A stretch of 64,000 nucleotides of DNA from NCBI GenBank assembly GCA_040954595.2, contig CM082595.2, positions 2,651,943 through 2,715,942 on the forward strand, in the 5' to 3' direction. Of the stretch, positions 37,901 to 60,500 are shown piece by piece. The stretch is from Balanoglossus misakiensis. Lineage: Eukaryota > Animalia > Hemichordata. Below the pieces are notes generated by a model. The model was given only the letters and a program-made list of their open reading frames with translations. It ran no database searches and had not been told where the DNA came from. The position numbers were made by a program, and so were the translations under genes. Numbering within the stretch: the first letter of the stretch is position 1; every line of letters begins with the position of its first letter.

Positions 37901-38353
37901 TCGTCGTCATCCGGCAACAGCGGCGAAAGTACAGAATACAACACCGCCCAAGACACGACAACAAGCACAACTACCTCAGCAAAGTCAAAATCGAGTACAA
38001 ACATATCCACCATTGTCAACTACTCTCCCACTTCTCCGCGAATTCTCTCAGCTCAACCAGAAAACTCACCCGCCAAGCCAGATTTACGCCTCATTCGCGT
38101 AACCATCATCGCCAGTATTTCATACTTCATCTGTTGGTTTCCATGGATATGCGTCGCCGTGGTTACCTCCTACCAGGGCTATACATACTCCTTGAAGATA
38201 TTTCTTCGCGTGACATTGACCATCGGCTACGTTGCCTCGGCAACCGTTCCTTACATTTACGGCCTTGGCAACAAACACGTGATAGCCACATTTAGGAACA
38301 TCTGGAGGCGTGTTAGGCGACATGAACAAGTGCAAAATTCTGAATCTATGTAG
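34922..38353 (+). CDS. Orphan rhodopsin-like (class A) GPCR with giant intracellular loop 3, intronless CDS
   Basis: 1143-aa ORF from ATG 34922. It has N-glycosylation sites at the N-terminus (NCS, NST), TM1 GCVGN, TM3 end ERS, TM4 W and TM5, then ~825 hydrophilic residues, then TM6 CWFPW, TM7 VPYIYG and helix 8. Confidence 0.93.
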   Translation: MVQEVDCTYHQPGANCSAINDMDSNSTEIPNAAIVWNDPFIVITLSICYSLIIFFGCVGNAIVIASLAVHRRIFKVCNAVLASSAVANGLVCVVCVPISFSALFRRFGENLYYHDIRETVFILITTASFSSIAILMVERSLATRQGTRCRLNFRRVVKLTVSAWLACGLLSVLSVTLDSSPIFFDLLNYTQNNWFILRPGAIKTHCVLFCFIFAVATTLFCVGTIRVNLKKYKVENVALHVSGAVPGGSQTKTGKVAAEEISESNGTLASPDVKSRSGIDVLTRDLNSQTSESISLKSDLDGPSADTLGAMYSSPKSRRKSSVTLGRRILRRRRSSNNLINARRHSRVSMISSSLPSIADEDLRQRDTIRRMSRRMSRNSRDSISSTKFMDEDSLSGVLIGDGEPPVESARDRRQRCMSRKRSRVSMSSLGLSSITDDSDSEHDEVDNATGKVKRYSKRRHESRKPDSGHWGAGHGESESDYSDASLTAVAGSFRSSVHSHRHGEKFSRLSFTSSNLASIVDSETDSPQIEPKLTDHSRFGDSKSISTDSGGFNYSSPHSSDKKEEMENRESRAESNFVRSFSTTTEFENTELKLRRDTIESFGSLFTDDSISLSMSISHGNSTPEESHFSRLSVVCRIGSKEDKFRERLQQVSAMNSRGGASRGRLSRDLGARVEGGLVGVTPACYDFKMSEGDDNSLRFDKETNVANTGSSSNMATPACFNFKMDSNDVTSPRQLRKESTDFGPNGGTTPACYNLKMSEADSDSPKLPPPTHKVINVASRKSDSSIASDTDRKPKVFRKKHNSMTSLVSLASRTSLFSRRSLATPICYNYKMRDSDTSSVSRYVTDISDKTGQTNPAFVSDDRRSAVMATPMLFNFKMSESDISSVRYSVESYGGSRAGFRLEKGATPACFHFKMHDNDINSPLGDDDAINMDGQQRRVSITSLGDGQNDAGGPTPVEHSVMMNIGIDEATKKGSLQPGYLEGRPPLATAASSSSGNSGESTEYNTAQDTTTSTTTSAKSKSSTNISTIVNYSPTSPRILSAQPENSPAKPDLRLIRVTIIASISYFICWFPWICVAVVTSYQGYTYSLKIFLRVTLTIGYVASATVPYIYGLGNKHVIATFRNIWRRVRRHEQVQNSESM

Positions 38354-39166
38354 AAATTAAAGATGGTCGCTAATCTTTGTGTTATTTTAAAAGAAAACCA
38401 AGACTGTGACATGCACCATGTATTCTTCTGTTTTTAGACTCCTTTCACTCTATGTAGATATAGCAAAGAACTGAAAAGTTTGAAGAACTGTCATTTATCT
38501 GAAAATCTGTCCCCGAGGCGCACACAACAAAAGCTGGTCGAGTTTACATTCGAAAGTTTTACCTGACACTAAAATTATATTTACATACCCATACTTTCAA
38601 CACATCGGTAAAATTAACCCTAAAGCACAATCATGTAGGTTTTAAATATTGCACATATAATTCACATATCCATATAATACTCATATGTTTTTTGATAAGC
38701 GTTTGTATTTTGTCGTTCGATTTATTTTGATAGTCACGTTCACTTCGGATAGACAATAGCTTTGAGTTTTCTAGATATGGGCCTGCATTGACAGGCTGAA
38801 TGCACACAGTATTATAAACAGTAAGAAAGGAGCGAATTAAAATGCGAAATGATAGAGTATTGTCTGGTTGACATCTAGCCTATTATAGCTGTTTTGTACA
38901 TGTATTTGAAGTCTATTTTTCACGTCAGTATATTTTGAATAAACATGAACATTTCAATCGAAGTCATTTGTCGCAAATGATATGCATGCGTTTAAGAGAG
39001 AGAGAGAGATGTGTGTGTTTATATATAGAGAGAAAGATATGTTTTATATACTGTAAGAAAACTTGATTCACCCCCACCTCGTGCCCCCACCCCACCCCCG
39101 TTCAACAGTGGACTTGTCACTGGAGTGCGCCACTACACGACAAGACTAGTAAAGGAGACGCTCTCC

Positions 39167-39240
39167 GTCGTCATGCTAACCACCACTCTTCTTAAACCTG
39201 CTAGTGATTGGCTGGCCTATTAACATTCGGCCAATCATGT
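39167..39240 (+). promoter_or_regulatory. MORN1 proximal promoter: RFX X-box-like site and two CCAAT boxes
   Basis: gtcgtcatgctaac 39167-39180, gattgg near 39206 and ccaat near 39231, just upstream of ATG 39276. Confidence 0.45.
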
Positions 39241-39275
39241 AGTATGTTCTATACAAAACCACAACATTTCTCAAA

Positions 39276-49382
<10,107 letters not shown>

Positions 49383-51046
49383 GGTTATGGTTATCACCAG
49401 AATATCAGATGTGTCTTGAAGCCCCAATAGGTATCTTTTCATATTATTTTACCAACTTACGGTTGTCATGCTGTTTTTTGCACCACCAGGAGATATGTTG
49501 ATGGTTATTACTTTGTGTATCTGGGGAAATGTGTTTGTTAATTGCAATGTAAATTAAAAGTATAACCACATTGGGTTGCACAACACAATGAGCCTGCTGT
49601 GTAGGGCAACATAGAACATGTGACCATCACATGTTCATCACATGCTCATGATGTCCGCGACCATATACATTCCTATGGGAATCATCCAATTGAAAATTGC
49701 ACGATAACAGAACAATTTTATACCATCAGCCAAACTGCTGAAAACATTTTGTGCCGAGACACTAAAGCTTGTATGACAAGTTGTTAATATAAAACCATTT
49801 ACATCAGTTATACATTATTTATATATGTACATACCCTGAGTATAAAATTGTATGCTGATGAAACCCTTTGAGTTTTTATTATTTTAGATTTGTAATGTAC
49901 ATATGTTAAGATACAGTTTGAAATACACATGTACTCCATCCGAATTTCTGGAGAAATTCATTGATTGTGGTTGAGGGGAAATTATTGTGTGTTTATATTT
50001 TATCAGAAAGCAGTCCGTCCTTGTATCATTTATATCAAATAACAGATATATGTTTTAACATTTTCGAGACAAGTTGTTAAGGAAGAGAATCAAATAAACA
50101 AGTTCTGTGATAAAATTTGAAAGTAACAATGGTGATTGATGGTACAGCTTGTAGTGTATACCTTTGGGCAAGTTCAAGCGTTGGTAAAGCCTGATCTACG
50201 CAAAAAACATGGCTGCCCCCTCTACTGTTCTTAACAGCCTTCCCTGTGATATACTGAATGCTTCCTTTGTTTGGGATGTGATTTTATGATGTTTGTGTGA
50301 GCACAGCTGTTGTGGTGACACATCTGAGTCATGATTTAGATTGTGCAACGCAACACAACACAACCACATCCTTAGTTTAAGACCTCTACACTTTTAAAAA
50401 GAAGTTGCCATCACCCTGATCATTGAAGAGGTACTACGGTAGACACACCCTGGACTAAGTGTATGGTAAGACAACTTTTGATATTAAGTTACTTTTGCCT
50501 CTAAGATGACCAGTTTCCGTGAATGCAAACTATGAAATGTTGGGGTTAATTCAAATTGAAATGTCATTCTAATGATGTCTACAACAGCTGTGGTGGCTAT
50601 CATGGTTTAACCAATATGCAACTGACAACCAGTCTTCCAACCAAAGTACCAAGTGTTACATTATAGTTTCATCCCAAAGGAGCAATTTCACCAAAATATT
50701 CTACCATTTTCACATTTCGATATTTTCTTTCAACCACAAAAAATAAATTGTGTATGTTATAGGTCTAGTAAGGACGTTTAACAAAGTAAACCAAGCATAA
50801 TCGTGTATGATGCTTGCCACCACCTGTTGCCTAAATCCTGTTGTTTATTTCAGGAGTGTCAGATTAAGTCTATATTTAAAATATCCTGGTCACGTGGGAC
50901 AGATAAAATGACTAATCCAGTCATGAAAAAAAGCATCGATGTCACACTGCATAATTTTCGCAAAAAAATTACCAAATCATATCCACCTGACTTGTATATC
51001 TTATTTCCTTTCAGTTATAAGTGGTATATCTCTTCAACCTTTGGAT

Positions 51047-53167
51047 ATGAAGATTTGGAATCTCCTTGTATATATATGTGGATTGTATCTGCAATCAGAA
51101 GGGCGGCTAGTTACAGTATGTGGTTATATTTTTATCAGTTAATAATGGACAGTAAACTGGAGACTGCTGTTACCAGTAATTGATTGTGCTCACAACCTGT
51201 GAATTTTTGTGTGGATAAATATATCCATCTGTCGTGTGTCGTGATGTAGATGGGCCAGGGCATGTTGTCTTTGAAATTTGCACAGACATTTAATGCATTA
51301 TTCAACGGTATCGTTTCGTATGTTTCTCATTTGCACAAAATGTGACAAATCTGTCTTCTCATCTTTCAGAAGTTCTCTGAAGAAGCTGAACGTGAGTTTG
51401 GTTTTCAAAATGGTGGTGGTGGTCAAACCTGTCTTTGATAGATTTTTAATTTACATGTACTTAGACTTATAAACGATATATATTTCATGATATATTATTA
51501 TCGGCTGCCTGAATATATTGTAGTATTAAAAGGTCATTAAATGTTAAAAGTGTTAACATTATTTAGATTGTGTATGCTTTCTCAAACCATATTAGACACG
51601 TTGTGGTGATGGAGAAAAAACTAACATCATTTGTTTTGCAGAATCACACGATGTCAACAGAATACGTAGAATAACATCCGGGCGAGAGGCAGAGAAACAT
51701 GCCTATCCATGGATGGTCTCGCTCCAGTTGGAACTCTATGGCGAAAGCAAGCATTTCTGTGGTGGTGCATTGATTGGTAAAGAGTGGGTGCTGACGGCTG
51801 CTCACTGTATGTATGGGTAGGTGGTTTCATTTAGATCTTGCTGAAGAGAGTTGGTAACTGAGGGCTTACAGGGACAGACAGACAGACAGACAGACAGACA
51901 GAAAAAGGCAGGTGCACTGAGTGGAAGGGAACAAGACTCAAAGAAAGTTGTGTGGTTGAAACAATGTACAAGTACATGTTTTGTATAAAATAGTGTCTGT
52001 GGCAGTGATGCTCACATATATTCTTCCAGTGAAAGCTATTTCACACACTCCATTTCTTTACTTCAGAACTCCCACAGACTTCATGGTAGTGGTTCTAGGT
52101 GACCATGACCTCGGAAAGGATGAAGGCACAGAACAGCGACTTGTACCTGCAGCCATCTACGTCGACGATGATTTCAACGGCAACACCTGCGTTGGTGATG
52201 TTGCATTGATACAATTGGAGGCACCAGGTGCAGAGTTGAACGATTACGTCCAGCCCATCAAATTGGCCACTAAACAGAAACAGTCTGGCAAATGTGTGGC
52301 TGCTGGTTGGGGAGCATCTATTGTTGATGGTAAGTACGGGCTCATCATGTCTTCACAGCAAATATGATACACTGGACAGTACATATAGAATTCGTCACAT
52401 CATACCAAAGTGTCTGAAATATTATTGCTCGTAGCTAAACTATTGAAGCAAAAATTCTGAGCTTGCATTTTCCCCAATGATTAATTAAACTTTATACTGT
52501 GACTCTTATTTTAACACCCCTGTAGCACTGATTTGCCATTCTTGAGCACTTGCTAATAAACTGATTAAAATAATTAAAATTGAAAGGAAAACTGATGCAA
52601 ACAATAAGATACATTTTGTTTTTTCTGAAACACAGGTGAAACAAGTAACATTTTGGAAGATGCTACCCTCGACGTGATTCGAAACAACGTGTGTAAAACA
52701 GTTTGGGTTCAACAGGTGATATCCGGTTCCATGATGTGTGCAGGGAGTGGTGAATCTGGTATATGTTCGGTGAGTTTGGATTCGAGGGTTGGGGTAGAGG
52801 TCAGGGGTACATCGATCATGTTTGCAATGGTACCTGCCCAGTCACGCGAGATCTCTCAGGGTCTCATGGAAGTTCGGGAAATGGTCTATTGATGGTAATT
52901 ATTTGTTCATTGCAGGGAGACAGTGGTGGGCCACTATTTTGCCGTGAAAATGGTGAATGGGTCGACTATGGGATATCTAGTTGGGGTCCTCAGGAATGTG
53001 GCATTGATGGTGTCCCTGATGGTTACACTCGAGTTAGCAGTTACTATGACGACATTATGGGTGTTATCAATGAATATAGTGTCTTAGATGATAGGGACAA
53101 TGAACGGAAAAGCATAGATAAGAAAAAAGGGAGGAAGAGAAAATCTTTGAAGTCAATCACTGAGTAG
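51047..53167 (+). CDS. Secreted S1 (chymotrypsin/elastase-like) serine protease, paralog 1
   Basis: Signal exon MKIWNLLVYICGLYLQSEGRLVT (51047-51115), 22-nt exon 51370-51391, then RIRR/ITSG...HFCGGALIGKEWVLTAAHC, GDVALIQL and GICS|GDSGGP. The catalytic triad is intact and there is a basic C-terminal tail. Confidence 0.92.
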
Positions 53168-54330
53168 AAATTGGTCGATCGAATATTTGCTTCATGGATG
53201 TCAGGTAAATGAGGCTCACAGTTCTTGGAACCAGCTGAGGATAAAAAGGTCGATTAATACGTCAGAGTAAAAACATTCTCCACCGTTTCCCAGTTCAATA
53301 CGTCATTGATTCATTCACTTAAATTCCTTGCTATCTTGAAATTGCTGCTATGACAAACACACAATTACAAAGCTTTTTTTATAGCAATGAAATATATAAT
53401 ATGTTTCCAATAATAATCATCCATTATCAAAGTTTTACCCAATAATTGCATTATGAAGAAGTCTTAACATGAAAACTCAGCTACTATGGTACTACCGGTA
53501 TATTTCATTTTCCAAGCATGAAACTGTATTATACCCCCTATTTCCCTTTGCTCTAAACAAAGTTCAATACTCAAAGGTGTCTTGTTAACATCTCTTATCC
53601 AGGCATTGTACTCACTGCATTGCCTCGGTGGTAGCTGATACCTTCCTTGTCAAATAGCAACATTAAACTACAGATTTTCCTATTCATATCTGTGACATAT
53701 TGCATAATATTTACACGTGGATTTTCTGATTTATTATTGCTATGGTTATTAAAAATAAAATTACAAAAAGCTACAAAAACCTGAGGTATCCCTCAAACTG
53801 AAAACCACTGGCACAAATATTCCTGTACTTTTAATATGGCATCATATTCCGGATGTGCCTTGCACTTTAAATCGCTTTACATTCCACGCTCTAAGCGATT
53901 CACTGGAACGAGAATAGATGAATCACTTAATAGCCAGATTCGATTGATTAATTGTCACGGATGGCGTATATTACTTGCAAGGCGAAGATTGAACACCACA
54001 AATTTGTTGACAATCAAAGCAACAAGTTTACCTCCTGGTGTCACAAGCAAATAGAAGGCACGGCTGAACTCCCACTCATACGCACATTTTTCCCGCCTAG
54101 GAAAGGTAAGTGCAATTTTTGCCACCTACTCTTTTTATCCAGTCTTTTCTGATGAAATATTCATCCAGGAAATATTTGTATGTTCAATGTATGTATGAAC
54201 CAAAAGTTAATAATTTCCTTTTGTCAGCTAGATGGCGTCAGCTCTAACTTCTCACTCATCGAGTCATGCTATGTGCTTGACTTTATTAACCTTTTATCTT
54301 AATTTTTTTATATGCAGAACACTGGTCTTC

Positions 54331-56410
<2,080 letters not shown>

Positions 56411-56819
56411 AAACAGGATCAGACATGTCGGATATGCTGCTAATCTATGACTTCCCATGCTACGTCACCTTCAAGCTTATTACAGTCCCAAGCTCAAGAT
56501 CAGTTGATCTTGTATGGAATTAAATTAAGTTGTTCAATGTTAAACTATAATTGTGCGAGTAACTTTTCCACGGAAACTTCTTATGTGATTAAACTGAACG
56601 CATATTATACATGTGTCAGATCTACCTACAATGTCTAAGTATAACTTGAATCTAGGACAAGCACTCTTGGTGATCAGTGACTTCTGATGGTACATGTACA
56701 CAATCACGCTATACCTTTTTCAAAAATCTGAATATCAGTTTGCATTTTATGAAATGTAATGTTGCAAATCACATTTTAATTTTACAGTCTTCAACACCTT
56801 GTGCAAAAATATTTTCCAT

Positions 56820-56938
56820 AAGTATATATGGTGATATATGGTCTGAACTGATAATTTCTCGTTGTGACATAAATTAATAAAGTATATATGGTGATATATG
56901 GTCTGAACTGATAATTTCTCATTGTGACATAAATTAAT
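56820..56938. repeat. 60-bp tandem duplication
   Basis: aagtatatatggtgatatatggtctgaactgataatttctc(g/a)ttgtgacataaattaat occurs twice. Confidence 0.95.
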
Positions 56939-57264
56939 GGAGCTTTGTAAGAATCATCAAATGCTGATATTTCATAATCTGTGTACTTTTCTGTGCTTAA
57001 AATATACTTTTATTTCATATTTTCCATTTCGCAAACACGAGATATTAGTATGTACTTTCTCGTCCTTGGATCCTGTCTGTTCGGATGTGTTAAACACTTG
57101 TAACAAAGACCCAATAAATGTATGAAATTGCTCAAGATATTGAGGTGTTTCTTTTATTATTGTGAAGTGTGTATCGATCTGTGATGTATGATAGATCATC
57201 TTTTGTAACATGATAACAGGAAACTGATAGGAATTTCCTGGTACTGGTATAGTACTGGTACTCC

Positions 57265-57274
57265 GTGACGTCAC
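57265..57274. promoter_or_regulatory. Palindromic CRE upstream of cyclin L
   Basis: GTGACGTCAC about 265 bp before ATG 57538. A YY1-type CAAGATGGCGG overlaps the start codon. Confidence 0.5.
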
Positions 57275-57537
57275 TCCCAGAAATCCATGTGCCACCACTT
57301 TACCTATTCTACATCCGCGCAGTTATTGCAGTGTATGTTTAACTTTATTATTTCATGAACCCAATTAATTTATAGTATCTTAAAAATAACTGTTATAAAG
57401 TTGTCTTTATACACAATTTTACATAATTTACGTCGATATTTTGTGGGGTTTGGCATGAACAATGACGAACTATTTTGCGTGCGCACTGATATGGGAACAA
57501 AGTCGATCCGTGTACGTATCGCGTTGTTTTTTCCAAG

Positions 57538-60500
57538 ATGGCGGAGACTGGACAGAAACCAGAGAGAACCTACGGGAAAGTTGTCATTAATCTAGAAAAT
57601 TGCATATTGCCAGCGGAAAAAGTTGCAACAACACCTTCTATGATAGATGGGCTTGATCACGAGACCGAAACTGACCTCAGAATACTCGGCTGTGAGTTCA
57701 TTCAAACAGCTGGAATTTTGCTGAAGTTGCCACAGGTTAGTATTTGAAATGGCGAATGTCCTGGAATGAGTAAGAGACATGTTCTTTTGTCTCTATCGAA
57801 CATTATACAGTCACAAGATGCTGTTTTAATTCACAAGAGACATCTATGTTTCCATCGTTTATTTATAGATCTGATTAACACTTTAGTTACGTTTTAAAAA
57901 GATGTCATTGCCATCCTGTTGGTTTATTACGAACTGAATTTCTAGTTTGAAATGTGAACATCGCGTGTTCACACATTGATAGCGTGGGAAAAATGGCTTC
58001 TCACATGGTATCTCATTATGCATTCTAGTATAAGTGTTTATGTACAATCCACGTATACTAGATCTTTCGGCAGTGTCCATATACAAATAGATATTGTTTG
58101 TGATTTGATATTGTGGTTTTATAATCTTGAGGTTATTACTCATTAGACAATTAGACTTGCTTCTTTATCCAGGGATGATGAAAATGCAAATTATCTTCGT
58201 GTCTATTTCAGGTTGCTATGGCCACAGCTCAAGTGATCTTCCAACGATTTTACTACTCCAAGTCAATGGTAAAACACAACATGGAGGTGAGTTGTTGTTT
58301 TTTCAACTGTTTCAACCGTTTCTTGTCGTTCTTTGTCTGCCGTGTCATGCGAGTTACTTCCTGAACACGAGATTTCATCGTAGAATGGTTTTAACTCAAC
58401 TGATACATGTCCATTCCATGAGTCATTGCCGGATGTCTTTCTGATGGTCAGTGATAAGACTGGCGACAAGCAATAAGGCACATGCATACACACCCACAGA
58501 CATCTCTTTATTGCACTGACAATTTGAATTCATGAAATATCTTCCCATTTCCTCTTACAACCTGTAAAAGTTACAGACATTAGCAATGGCCTGCATCAAC
58601 CTGGCTTCCAAAATTGAGGAAGCACCAAGGAGGGTTCGAGATGTGATCAATGTATTTCATCACATACGCCAGAAGAGAAATAACAGGTAAATATCATTCC
58701 TTGTGATTTGGGTGAGAAAGATTGCGAGATTAATAAAATGTGTCCACATTGTTTCATATTCATCTCTCTAGCCATGAAATATATGTGTTCAATGACCATG
58801 GCATTTATATATTTCATGTATGAGTCCGTTTATGTCACATAAACATTTTTCATGCTATGTATTTCAACGATGGTAAGCTGTAAAAGAAAAGGGTTGATAC
58901 TGCCTTCAATGGATTGCTAAAACCACGCAATTATCTTGGGTGGACATAAAGTTTAATTGAGGAAACCATGACCACTGTTTATCAGATGTTTTTAGGAGGC
59001 ACTAGTCCAAAGTTGTTTGTTTTTACAAATCGTGCAGCCTTGAACTATGACTGAGGAACGTTTACCAAAACATACAAAAACATAGTCTGCCACCTCACTG
59101 AAGTACTTTGAGAAATACTAGAAACACCACCCTCTTTATTGGCATAAATTTGTGACCTTATGTTTTATAAACCAGTGTGGTGACCCCTGTTTTAATGACT
59201 TGATATTCCTTCCAAAGAGAATCCAAAAATAAATATGACAGTACCGCCAGCTTTACTTATTGTACTCTTAACCTAAGTGTACAGCAAAGTGTAAATGTGC
59301 AACTGCAAGTTAGTTTGGCCTTAGGGATTAATGTGAAACCCATAATTTCTTTTCAGCATAATCACTTTCAGTGGTGAATGTTTATAGCACACACGATGCA
59401 TTCACATACACAAAACATGATACACTGTACAAACACATCTCTTTTAACGACTGTTGTTCTAATTGCTTGCTTGTTTGTGTACCTTCCTTATTCTAGTGTT
59501 GTGTTTAATCGTGTCCTTCCAATATTTGATCCGACATTAATATATTATTTTTCCATTTGCTGTAAACTTACAGCTTCAACCTCACCAGCTCTGCTGATTG
59601 GTTTCTATGGCAACCAACACAAGAGGTGTCTTTCCATGGCCCCCCGTGGTTGGTTGGTGTCTATCTACTTTGATGTTGAGCAGCGCATCTCGTGAAGGCA
59701 AGCAACAGGGAATAAATATCTACTGGAACCCACATAATTGAAGGGCTCAAATTGTCTATGATGACAACACAAAAATAAATATTGTGGTGAAGAGTAAGTC
59801 TGTGAAAATGTGTGTCCATTGGTCAACATGAGTGTTACAAAACTCCAGTGCATGTATTGTAAATATAACAATATTGTGATGTTTAAAAAGTATCGTATAT
59901 TATCCTGAAAGTAAATGGCTCATGAGAGGCATTGTGTGACTATTCTAAAATCTGATGACTTTACGTTGGACATGTTATTGCCCTAAAGGGGTGGACAATA
60001 TGAGTGTACAGAAGTCTTGACCCCCTCCCCCAATTTAATCTGAAATTACAAAACAATCATAATAAGACTTCTTTTGTTTATGTAAGCAAGTGCTATGAAT
60101 GGGCTGTTGATAAATGAATAGCTCTATGAAGTCCTAACAAACCTTTGGGTTGAAGTACCCACAGAAATACTTAACTGAGACAAGGGGGAAAAGAAAATCA
60201 TGTGAAACTTATGCTAACACAAACAACTTTTTGTTTCATAAACAAAATACTTGTCATTCTAATTTAGTAATTGCAAACTTAATGTTTTTCATACTGTTCT
60301 CCAAAAAACAATATGTCATGAATAATCTGTGATGCAAGTTAGGGTGAGGATAAAGTTATAAAAGCAGATAACAGTTTTCAGTTGTTTTGGAGTCGCCAAA
60401 GAGATTAACAATTACAAAGATGTAGATGAAACCCAAAATTCAAATGGATAGCTCTATATGCAAGGCACATGGGCTAGTGGTCTTTGGGACCAGCACCAAG

